DNA of 63,985 nucleotides, filler included, from Licmophora abbreviata (lineage: Eukaryota), in the NCBI GenBank assembly GCA_900291995.1. It is 15 parts of 15 records of this genome, joined end to end, with 100 filler letters (N's around TTAATTAATTAA, not from the genome) between each part and the next. Parts side by side here need not be neighbours in the genome. Positions count along the whole stretch, not along the records: positions 5,045 to 13,017 come from OLMU01005948.1; positions 13,118 to 14,839 come from OLMU01005949.1; positions 14,940 to 20,059 come from OLMU01005950.1; positions 20,160 to 24,589 come from OLMU01005951.1; 11 more parts are not named here. The stretch is one strand, 5' to 3'. Below, in pieces: positions 10,601 to 20,300 of this stretch. The notes below the pieces were generated by a model. That model saw nothing but the letters and a program-made list of their open reading frames with translations, did not search any database and had not been told where the DNA came from. Positions within the stretch are counted from its first letter, which is position 1, and every line of letters starts with the position of its first letter. The translations under genes and the position numbers were made by a program.

Positions 10601-12242
10601 AGCGGCGTACGATACTACGAGAAAGAAATCGAGGCGCGAAAGGAACGTACGTTGACCTTGGTCAAATCGCATCTATTTGGAGAGAACTTGACGGGAAGCG
10701 GCGGCTGGAAGATCCCAGCTGGCGACGTCACCGTTTCGGTTCGGCCATTTCGAGGTCTCAAGACAATGCCAGATGGTTCCACAGTGAAGATGTTCGCAAA
10801 ATTCGAAGTTGAGCTTCCGCTCGTTGCCGCACTTTGGGGTCCCCACAAAAAGGATCCACGCATTGCCGACATCCCGGCACTCCTTGAAAGAGATCCGTAC
10901 TTTTCGGAAGCTCATGAGGGCCTTGTCCTCACCGGCGGCTCAGTGTTAGCCGTGGACCCTAAGTCAGGCATGGACTTGCTTCCCGATTTACCCGATGTGC
11001 ACACGCCCTTAAATGTCGCCGTCGAATCCTCTCTGCTACCGTCCATTGGTGTCGGCATGCCAGAATTACCCCGGAAGTCTTTGGGCGCCGGTGGTGCCCG
11101 GTCACTACTTGGATATTCGGGCGCTTCGCGTGAAGTTTCGACCTCGGCCTTCCAGATGAGCTCGACTCATGTCGCTTCAAGATGTGCTCGAGGACGTCAA
11201 GTACGCTCCGATATACCTGTACACGGGTCGACGCAAGTTCAGCGACCAATGGCAGGTGGTAGACTGGGGCTGGTCTCATTCATTGATGACCGCCGCAATG
11301 TACGCAAACACCCGTTGAGGACGAAAGCACAGGGGCGCACAGGTCTTCTCGTCATGGGTATCGCTTTGTTAGCCTCCACATTTCTGGGTGGCAGTGGTGT
11401 ACACGCCAACAGATGGTCGTGGCTACCATGTCGAACAGCGACTTCGATTCCGCGATTCGCGGACACGTACAGTTGGGATTCCCGCGGCGGGGCTCAGGAC
11501 GGCCATATTGACGAAAGAATCGCATCGACCCCACCTCTTGAGTTCGCCCATGGTACCACGACGATATCTTTTGTCTTCAAAGGAGGCATTGTTGCTGCAG
11601 TCGACTCGCGCGCGAGTATCGGCAACTTTGTTGGGTCCAAGACGACTCAGAAAGTTCTCCCTGTGAACACGTAAGTTCCGTATCATGTCCGTACTGTACA
11701 CTGTCCTTTTGATTATTGCTGTTGGCTCATCGGTGTGATTGGCTAACGATTGCAGACACATGTTAGGAACTATGGCTGGTGGCGCTGCTGACTGCGGCTA
11801 CTGGATCCGAAAACTAAAAGCTGAAGCATCTCTTTACGAGCTTTCTCAAGGGAAACGAATGTCCGTCGCCCGAGCATCCCGCATCTTGTCGAACGCAATG
11901 TATGACAATCGTGCTCTAGACCTCTCGATGGGGACCATGATAATGGGATTCGATACAGACGACGAAGGACCGAGAATCTACTACGTCGACAATAGCGGTG
12001 TTCGAATCGAGGGCGACGTCTTTGCGGTCGGATCGGGGAGCACGTTTGCATTAGGAATTCTAGACACAGAAAGGACTCCTGATATGACTGAAGACGAGGC
12101 TATTGCGTTAGGAATAAAAGCAATCCGGCATGCTACATTTCGAGACGCCTTTTCAGGTGGGTTTATTGGAGTGTATGTAATCAACCAAGATGGATGGAAG
12201 AAGGTGTTCAGCAAGGACTTGGCTAGGTCCTCTCAAGATTAA
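7700..12242 (+). CDS. XRN1: XRN1-type 5'-3' exoribonuclease fused to proteasome subunit beta5 (4 exons: 7700-9134, 9244-9699, 9801-11670, 11756-12242; about 1415 aa)
   Basis: XRN motifs MGVPKFFRW, DRLYIDMNGVIH, DGVAPRAKLNQQRSRR, SNSITPGT, PGEGEHKI, GNDFLPH, YPFHYGP (joined across intron 2), PFEQLM, DMNGKRWPWEAVV. Three phase-compatible GT-AG introns (109, 101, 85 nt). Exon 3 has no stop between the XRN and beta5 coding sequence. Confidence 0.85.
11555..12242 (+). CDS. PSMB5: Mature proteasome beta5 (chymotrypsin-like) module at the C-terminus of the XRN ORF
   Basis: AHG|TTTISFVFKGGIVAAVDSRAS...TQKV...MLGTMAGGAADC...AVGSGS...RDAFSGG. Thr1, Asp17, Lys33 and the beta5-type Met45 are all present. 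Intron at 11671-11755. Confidence 0.92.
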
Positions 12243-12672
12243 CTGGATAAAATGCTACCAGGTATTGGATTTAGTTTAGAATTTGAAATAGCAACTGACC
12301 AGCATGAAGTCTCCTTGCAACGAGAGATCAAGCGCGCAAGCGGCCTCGCAACGCATGCGCAAATAGAGGATCGAGATATAAGCTGGAAAGGGGACAAGTT
12401 ACTTCCATGTAGCTCCTGAAGTGACGGCATGTGTGCAAGCTCTCAGCTCCGTGTTGGTTCGAGGATTGGGTTCGCTACTGGATACCAGCTCTACGGGTCG
12501 ACCGCAGAGCGCTATCTATGACATTCAAACTTGGTTCTGGTCTGAATCCGTTCCGTCTACTATGAAGCACATGGAGGTTCGAGAGTAGACCATGGACTCG
12601 CTCTGCTTCTACGTCACGTACTAAAGTTGCGGACACAGTCCATCCTCGACGACACATCATCGCATCCTAACC

Positions 12673-12939
12673 CTAACAGCTTTCAAACCGTGTCGGTTTC
12701 GACACTTGATCTCGAGATTGACGTCGTCGCTTAGGCTGAAAGTCAGTTCCGAATGGATATCCAAACAAAGACTTGACTGTCTCGTCGACGGCCTTGCGTT
12801 TTGCAGCCGAAAGGAGATACATCGAGTCTTCCGGGGGTTGGGCAGCGCCGCTACTATGCTCGTCTACGTCCATCTCTTCTGTCGGAACGAAATCTTCGTC
12901 ATTCTCGCTACCTTCTGAGTCTCCAGTATTCCTCATCAT
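12673..12939 (-). CDS. Hypothetical protein fragment with acidic N-terminus
   Basis: 88-aa ORF with SENDEDFVP acidic motif and basic KRRR patch. Exon structure unresolved, and it lies near a spacer. Confidence 0.3.
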   Translation of the reverse strand: MMRNTGDSEGSENDEDFVPTEEMDVDEHSSGAAQPPEDSMYLLSAAKRKAVDETVKSLFGYPFGTDFQPKRRRQSRDQVSKPTRFESC

Positions 12940-14417
12940 GGTCTCCGCATCCGATGATGTCGTTGCGGCTGTCGCTGACCTTACCTTCGTTTTGGGCCTC
13001 TCCGGTCACACCTCGCGNNNNNNNNNNNNNNNNNNNNNNNNNNNNNNNNNNNNNNNNNNNNTTAATTAATTAANNNNNNNNNNNNNNNNNNNNNNNNNNN
13101 NNNNNNNNNNNNNNNNNAGGCGCACAGCATCGTGGCAGTCGCATCGTGAACCTGGTGAGATCGATCTTTCACATTCCTAAAATTCCTTTTGTATCAGGAA
13201 AGGAATCGGAGAGGCTCAGTCGCAACGACGGCGACGACGAAACAACGGGCTCTACCCAAACTACTACAAGAAGAGTCTCAGGCATTGCATCGCAAGTACG
13301 ATCTACCATGACGCAGTCGATACTCGTGGTTCCTTTTCGTCGTCCTGGTTCGCGAAAAGATAAACGTCGCTATCCATTGAGAAGGTCCATTGCCCAGCCG
13401 GCGTCGTCTCGTGAATGGCACCAGAATCTATCGTTTCGTGGGCTCTATGAGGGTGCGTCTACGGCATCCGCGCTCGATGCGACAAACGAATCGATGTGCT
13501 GTCGTATTCACAAGCAGTCACTGATTGAATTGTCGACGTGGCTGCTGTGTCATGGCAAGGAGTGGATCGGGGGTGTACTTGTTCTGTTACTTTGGAGTGT
13601 TCCCGGGCGTGTGCTGACACGAGTATGGGGTCCGATTCACCGATTTTTGACACGACTTTCCTTGGCATTGCAGCGCATGTACCGCTTCCGCAGAATGCCA
13701 ATAAACATTTCTTACAATTCTCTGGTTGGTTTCAACATGAAACACATCGGATTTCGACGGGAGTCGGGAGAAAGAAGTACGTCTACGCTAGTGGAGCAGC
13801 ACTGTGGGGCGTGCGTCAGACAATACTGAAGAGTAGTACTGTCAAGCCACCGGGGAGGCCCCTTTTAAGACGAAGAGGGCGATCCCAACGAGAGCGGGTT
13901 TGAAGAATAGATCCAATGTCAGGCCGTGTTGATGTGTAAGATACTACTTGAAGTACTTCAGTTTTTGAAATTCACGTATCCTTTTCGAGTCGCCCGGTTT
14001 TTGCATGACTGCTAATATGAAGTTCCCTCAACGCCGTTGTCGTGTAGTCTACCGGAATGCCAAACGGTACACGGTGCACTAGAACTTTGCTTGCGCCGTG
14101 AAGCGAACTAGCGTGCGGACAGTAGACTACATTCTTGAAGCGAAGATATCCGTCTTCTCGAGGTTTCCTTCAATGGTCGCAACGGCACGCGAAAGCCCAA
14201 ACGCAGAACTGTACGAAATCATCTCTCCATTGCGACTGTCGTCGATGCCACTAACCTTCATTCATATTTATTGTCGATTCAAGAACGTAGCACTGACCCT
14301 CAGTTGACGGCCTGAGATCACCTGAAAAGTGGCCAACGAAGGACCTGGTCTACCGGTACGGCCATACCGCCGCAATGCCGCCAAGCAATTGACAAAGCAG
14401 CACTCTCTTTGCTTGCT

Positions 14418-14614
14418 TCCTGAAAAAAGCGTATCAGCGTATTATAGGGTCCGGAGCCCCGGGGCATGTCGAGTCTGTATCGGTAGCAGGTGCCACGTCA
14501 AGTCTGCCATGTTTCGTCCTGAAAAAGCGTATCAGCGTATTATAGGGTCCGGAGCCCCGGGGCATGTCGAGTCTGTATCGGTAGCAGGTGCCACGTCAAG
14601 TCTGCCATGTTTCG
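14418..14614. repeat. Near-perfect tandem duplication (99 + 98 bp)
   Basis: Copy 1 at 14418-14516 and copy 2 at 14517-14614 (tcctgaaaaa(a)gcgtatcagcg...tctgccatgtttcg) differ only in A-run length. Confidence 0.92.
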
Positions 14615-15276
14615 ACGAAAAGAACTGAATGTGGCTCGTCGTCGCTCGCTTTTGTCCGATCATTGTTGTCGCTTAACGACTCGCCAATTCGCCGACTCAT
14701 CAACTCCGCTCCACCCGTCCGTTCGTTGTGAAATCCTTTGTTGCCGCTTCACTACGCGTCGACTCCACTCATCGACTCCCCTCCACGAGTACCCGCCCCG
14801 CGTTGTCGTTGCTTCGCCTCTCTCTTGAACTCGCCACCCNNNNNNNNNNNNNNNNNNNNNNNNNNNNNNNNNNNNNNNNNNNNTTAATTAATTAANNNNN
14901 NNNNNNNNNNNNNNNNNNNNNNNNNNNNNNNNNNNNNNNTCGTTTCGTTGCTTTGTCGTTGAGACATTGGCGATTCTATTCGATCTTCACTCTTCAATAA
15001 TTGTACCACGTCTGATACGACAGAAGGAAGATGCACTCTCATCTATATCCGAAATATGTATAATGTCATGACGTTTGAGGTGAATCCAGGGCCACTTTTC
15101 TGGCGATTCACATGCGAAAGCGGGAACGACTTCACACGACACACAGAAGAAGCACGACAGAAACACTCGAGTGTGATGGCCTCACCACACAGTTCCACGA
15201 CTACTATCTCAGTGCAATCGTGCCAAGGCAAAGAGAGAAGAGGGTTCATTCATTCCACTAAGAGCCAACCGCCACC

Positions 15277-17256
15277 ATGAACGTTTCGACCTCCCCAAGA
15301 TCACCCGCTTTTCCCTTGGAAGGATTGCCGCCGGCGACGTCGCCGAGTATGGCGAAGGCCAAGATGGGTTCGACCACGAGCAGTCCTAGAAACAGCTCTC
15401 GCAACGCTACGGATCCCCTGAAGGCCATGTTGTCTCATACCAAGCAGCCTGATCGTCAGGGCACCAACGCCGATCCCAAGAACGGCGGAAAGAGTCACTC
15501 ACACCGGAATTCGTCGTCGCTTGTTGGATTCGATCCCCTCTTGAGTAACGAACATTTCTATGAAATTTCGGTCAATCCCACGCATGGAGTTGGTGACAAC
15601 AACGGCATTTGGGGTTCTTGTCCTGACTCCCACAACGACTCTCAGCGCCATCCATTGCTCGGGAAGCCGATTTCACCCGCGCATCGTACGTCCAACACGA
15701 TCTGTGCTTCCGAGTTGCGCGGGATTGCGGCACAACTCAGTGTCGATAAGCCACGCAAGAATACTCCGAACGAAGATGCTCAGATGCAAACATTGATGAC
15801 CAATATCACACTGGGTACGTCGGTTGATGACAGTAAACTCCAAAATACTGGCGGAGGTAGAGCGCCTCTCCATCCCAGCAAAAAGAGTCACCGCAAGACC
15901 CAGTCGCTTGCCAGCGTCGAAGAATATTTGATGAACAAACTCAAGGGCCATGCTCCACACCGAAATACTGCTGCTTCAACATCAGTAGCTACTAGGGGAG
16001 CGCCATCACCGCCAACTCCTCCATCGAGCGAGCACAGCTCTCCCGCGGTGAGCACACCGGAGCGCCATCACCGCATTGTCTCGGGCGCGGGCGCAACGCC
16101 ACCGAGTCGTCGCCGTGTCAGTCCGCAGTCCGGTAGTGCCGCCGCCAGCATACTTGTGTCGTCGCCCATTCCAGCCATCCTTGTCCCTACCTTGTCTCGA
16201 CCTTCTCCTACTTCTTTTCTCAAAGACAGTGACTCTCATGCGCTTCGGTCCTCCGAACTGGAACCGTCGCCTCATCAGTTGGAAGTTCCAGCCGCGCCTG
16301 AGGTCTATCTATATGCCCGACTGTGTCAGTTGCTTGAGAAGTACCACGACGAAGACTTTCAGAATCTGGTAGGCAAATCCGTCCTACAGTTGAGAGGGTT
16401 TGTCAATCTGGGACACACCGTCGAGGGACTTGTGCAGATGGTTCACGAGCCAGTGGCTAGGCTTTTGCTGGATTTGAATGTGACTGTCGAAGGATATTTG
16501 GTGGACAAGCAATCTGAAGTGGCCGTCTTTTCTACTAGTAGTCAAATCCTTGTGGTGCATCGCGGAACTACAAACAGACAAAACAAACCGATGAGCAAGA
16601 AATTCAAACACAATGCGACTGCTGCGTTGGACCAGGAGCATGCGTCGGCGCTTATATTCGCGCCTTTTCGCGATGCCTATTTCGGACTGGAACACAAAGT
16701 GAGGATTTTGTTGGATAGACTGAGTGACGAGAATCCCTTTGCCGAAGTCGTTTTCACGGGCTATTCGTTCGGAGGGGCCTTGGCTACAGTTGCCGCTGCA
16801 CGCTTTGCTGGGGCCCGTCCCACCGTGCGTTTCGAGTGTTGTTTGTTTGGCGCCCCAAAAGTTGGGCAGCTCGAATTTCGGCAGTACGTGCACTCCCTTC
16901 CTAACCTTAAGGTGGTACGTGTCGAGTACGCCAGTGATCCAAATGGAGCCGTGCCGGTGGATGCCGTTGACTGCAAATGGTACCACGTCGGTCATACACT
17001 GGCCATTCATCAAGCTGTCGGGGCTGGAAAGCCACCAGTGCACCCGATTGTTGCGTATCGATATGACAACCACAAGCTGAAGGTTCCGATCGCCATGAAG
17101 TTGAATCGTCTTCACTATAAGAATACTGTGGACACGTACGTGGCGGCACTCGAAGAATTCGCATCCCGCAAGCTGTCGTGGATCGAAGGCTACGCGGGCG
17201 AGAACACGGGTGATGGCGTCGTGGGGAGAGACAATGAAGAGAGAAATATGGTTTGA
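15277..17256 (+). CDS. Class 3 lipase-domain protein with long disordered N-terminus
   Basis: ILVVHRGT, VVFTGYSFGGALATVAA (GxSxG), LFGAPKVG, RVEYASDP..AVP, WYHVG. The first ~330 aa are Ser/Pro-rich. Confidence 0.85.
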   Translation: MNVSTSPRSPAFPLEGLPPATSPSMAKAKMGSTTSSPRNSSRNATDPLKAMLSHTKQPDRQGTNADPKNGGKSHSHRNSSSLVGFDPLLSNEHFYEISVNPTHGVGDNNGIWGSCPDSHNDSQRHPLLGKPISPAHRTSNTICASELRGIAAQLSVDKPRKNTPNEDAQMQTLMTNITLGTSVDDSKLQNTGGGRAPLHPSKKSHRKTQSLASVEEYLMNKLKGHAPHRNTAASTSVATRGAPSPPTPPSSEHSSPAVSTPERHHRIVSGAGATPPSRRRVSPQSGSAAASILVSSPIPAILVPTLSRPSPTSFLKDSDSHALRSSELEPSPHQLEVPAAPEVYLYARLCQLLEKYHDEDFQNLVGKSVLQLRGFVNLGHTVEGLVQMVHEPVARLLLDLNVTVEGYLVDKQSEVAVFSTSSQILVVHRGTTNRQNKPMSKKFKHNATAALDQEHASALIFAPFRDAYFGLEHKVRILLDRLSDENPFAEVVFTGYSFGGALATVAAARFAGARPTVRFECCLFGAPKVGQLEFRQYVHSLPNLKVVRVEYASDPNGAVPVDAVDCKWYHVGHTLAIHQAVGAGKPPVHPIVAYRYDNHKLKVPIAMKLNRLHYKNTVDTYVAALEEFASRKLSWIEGYAGENTGDGVVGRDNEERNMV

Positions 17257-17385
17257 TTGATTGTATTCGCTTATTGCGTGTAGATTATGATGGATTCGAC
17301 AACAGTTCGGGTACAACTCGATTTTCTTCTGAATTCTAAAATAATCAAAGATTTTGATGTTATCATTCCTACGACCGGTACTAGC

Positions 17386-20300
17386 TTACTCGTCACTGCT
17401 ATTTTTCTCGTCCGCTTTCGACGACTCTGGATCAACAGGCGGCGTGAAAACGGCAAACTTGGGAGGCCCAGCTGCTGTTGCGCCGAGCTGAGGCATACCG
17501 GGGTAGGACTGAGCCCGTATGTTGGCGCGCCCAGGAGGTATTCCTGGGCGACGGAGGGCATTCGGAGGGGCCATCATGGCGGCGAGAGGGTCGTCGTTTT
17601 TCAAGGGATCTTTCTTTTCTGGCTCGGCTTCCTTCCGAGGACCAGGGGCAGTGGGAGGAGGGCCAATTGGCTTCGCTTTTTCCACTGGGTCCTCTCCCGG
17701 AAAAACCCAGCAACCAAGATCCTTATCGTAATATGCCTGCATCTGTTCGCCGAGATCAGCTGTTGTTGCTTCGGGATTGAGCCACTTTGCCATCTTGTCC
17801 TTCAAACCAAGACTCCACGGTGCAGGCTCGAGCTCTGTGGTTGACGATAAACGACAGGAAGAAACGATTAGCATTCTTGCACATCTACCTATGCATTCCG
17901 AATTTGTGTTGTGGAGACTTACTCTTCTCCGAGGAGGGCGCCTTCTTCTGCGGACTTTTATTTGGTGATTCTTTGCCGGAAATCATTTGGGCTGGAGCGG
18001 ACGTCGGGGCGTGTGGATGATTATCAATTTCGCCTTTCCTCTCTGCCTCGATTCGCTTGGAGTCAGCATCTGCAGAAGTTTTTGTATCAGGTACCGGCCG
18101 CATGCTCATAGCTGTCGGCGGTCCAGCCGATGCAATGGACGGCCTCGCAGGTGCTACCGCCATAGAACCGCTAGGCCTATTGACGCCAGTCATTCTTGTG
18201 GGTTGCTTTCGCCGATTCAGTGAAGTTCCACTTCGTTCAACCGCTGAGGAAGCGGTAACGTCCAGGAGGTTCGACTGCGCCGACAAGAAACTTGCATTAG
18301 GATCATCTTCCGGCGCTATCTTAGCCGGCACGAACTGCGCAAGTGGCTTGCTGGGCGAAGGATCTGACATAGATGGTACGTTCGTCGCTGCTCCTCCCCG
18401 GTGAGGAGTTTCGGCAACCGACATTTGCTTGTAGTCGTAATTCGCGCTAACTTCACGTGGAACCTTGTCGACACCCGACATTCGATTAGGTGATGCGATT
18501 CTATGGCCAGGGTCCGACGAAGCACACGGGGTGCTTCGACCTGATAAGCGAGTCTCGAACTCCGTAAGCGCCAAAGCGAATGTTTCTCGCTCGGTAAGAG
18601 CCCAAATTGTTGTAGAAGCAGGCGAGCGACCGCTCGGTGAGCCCGCTGCGAGTCCTGTGCACTCCCGAATACTAGTTACGTACAGCCTAGCGGTCTCTGT
18701 GAACCCCATGTCAGCAAGTAGCATGGCATACATCAACTTGAATGGCTGAAGACTTTGGATAGCGGCATTCGGGTTGCCTCGTCTCTTTGCCCACTCGTAT
18801 GCCTCGGTCCTAGCGTAACTCAGGACGCCCTCCGTCGTCCACAGCGCTGTGTCCATGGGAACCAAATGGTCGCACCCCACAATCGCAATTCTTGTAGAGG
18901 GATGGTGGATAGAAGTCACAGGACATCCGCACACCATGTAACAGAAATGAGCGGCGTGAACATTTCCCAATTCGAGAAGGCTGTCTCCTAAAGAAAGAAC
19001 GATACGATCCCATCCGAGAGTGCGATTGCTCACAATCGCAGCGAGATGGCGCTTCCAGGTCGAGCTATTTTCTCCAAGACTTCCAGCCCACATTGAAGGT
19101 CTTGAGCCAGCGCGATCGAGCGAACTGTCCTTCGGTGGCTGAAGCTGGCCCGAAAAAAGCATTGCCAATGTGTGAAGAGGAGAACCGGAAGCAAGTATCT
19201 CCTCCGCATAGTAGCGGGTTGCACGTTGGAATGTGTAACGGTCGCACATGCTAGCCACGAGGAGTGCCATCGCAAAGTTCTTGGAGGAAAGGGCTTCGTC
19301 CACTGCCTGCTCTCTTTTTCCAAGAAGCAGCAGATCTTCCACAGCTCCCAACGACGAGGGCGACGAATTGCCAACAATGCCTGTAAAAACGATTCACGCA
19401 ACACACACAAAAGGTAAGTCCAAGGCGTTCTCATCAGCCCAACGACGCATACAGGAGAACACAGAAGCCCACCTTCCAGAGCCTCGGCATCTTCCGCCGC
19501 CTGGATCGACCCATTGCCGCTCGCGTCGAGAAGAAGCTTTGTTACAGCTGCTTCTGGGGATTCAGGATCTCTCATTCCCTCGTCACTTCTGAGACGCCCG
19601 CGGGAGTTGGAAGCGATCCAAACAAGTTCCATAATAACGACTTGGAGACTTCCTCCGAAGCATCGGGCACTGTTCTCCGTTCAACATGCTTCAGCACGAC
19701 CTCATTGCGGCAGGCATTCAAAGGACCCACCACGCCATCGTCACTTTTTGCATTCTCGGCCATCGATATCGGTTCAGATGGCAACAATTCGCCTGCCAAA
19801 TGAACGGCTACAGCGGAAGACAATGCGGGCCTCCAGACACACAAACGACCTCCAAAGCCAAAAATGGCAATGGCATGAGGTTTTCGGCTCTTATCAGGTG
19901 ACATCGAGCGTTTCACGCTGGGAAGGGTAGAACTTTCTTCGATAGGAATTTCCCAGCTAGTGCTATTCCTCTCAGCGTTAAAGTAGTACGTCTTGCCACT
20001 CGATGGATCAACATGCTCCGTCCAACCACTAGGCACGGCAGACCCTTCACTCCGCCACTNNNNNNNNNNNNNNNNNNNNNNNNNNNNNNNNNNNNNNNNN
20101 NNNTTAATTAATTAANNNNNNNNNNNNNNNNNNNNNNNNNNNNNNNNNNNNNNNNNNNNACTAGGCACGGCAGACCCTTCACTCCGCCACTCGGTCATGG
20201 AATCGCGATGCGACGGTTGATCAGGGTGATTCTTGGATTCAGCGTCAGCATGATCTATCATAGTGTACTCCCCGAATCCCAGACTACTCCCTCCCTGCGA

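Noticed and set aside
12665..12706. CCTAACCCTAA telomere-like word and a 6-bp hairpin (gtgtcg-gttt-cgacac)
   Set aside because: Fewer than two full telomere units and a short stem; expected by chance.
13146..13829. 227-aa ORF
   Set aside because: GTG start, no recognisable motif and non-coding-like composition; not supported as a gene.
16384..17316. 310-aa antisense ORF
   Set aside because: Shadow of the lipase gene on the opposite strand.
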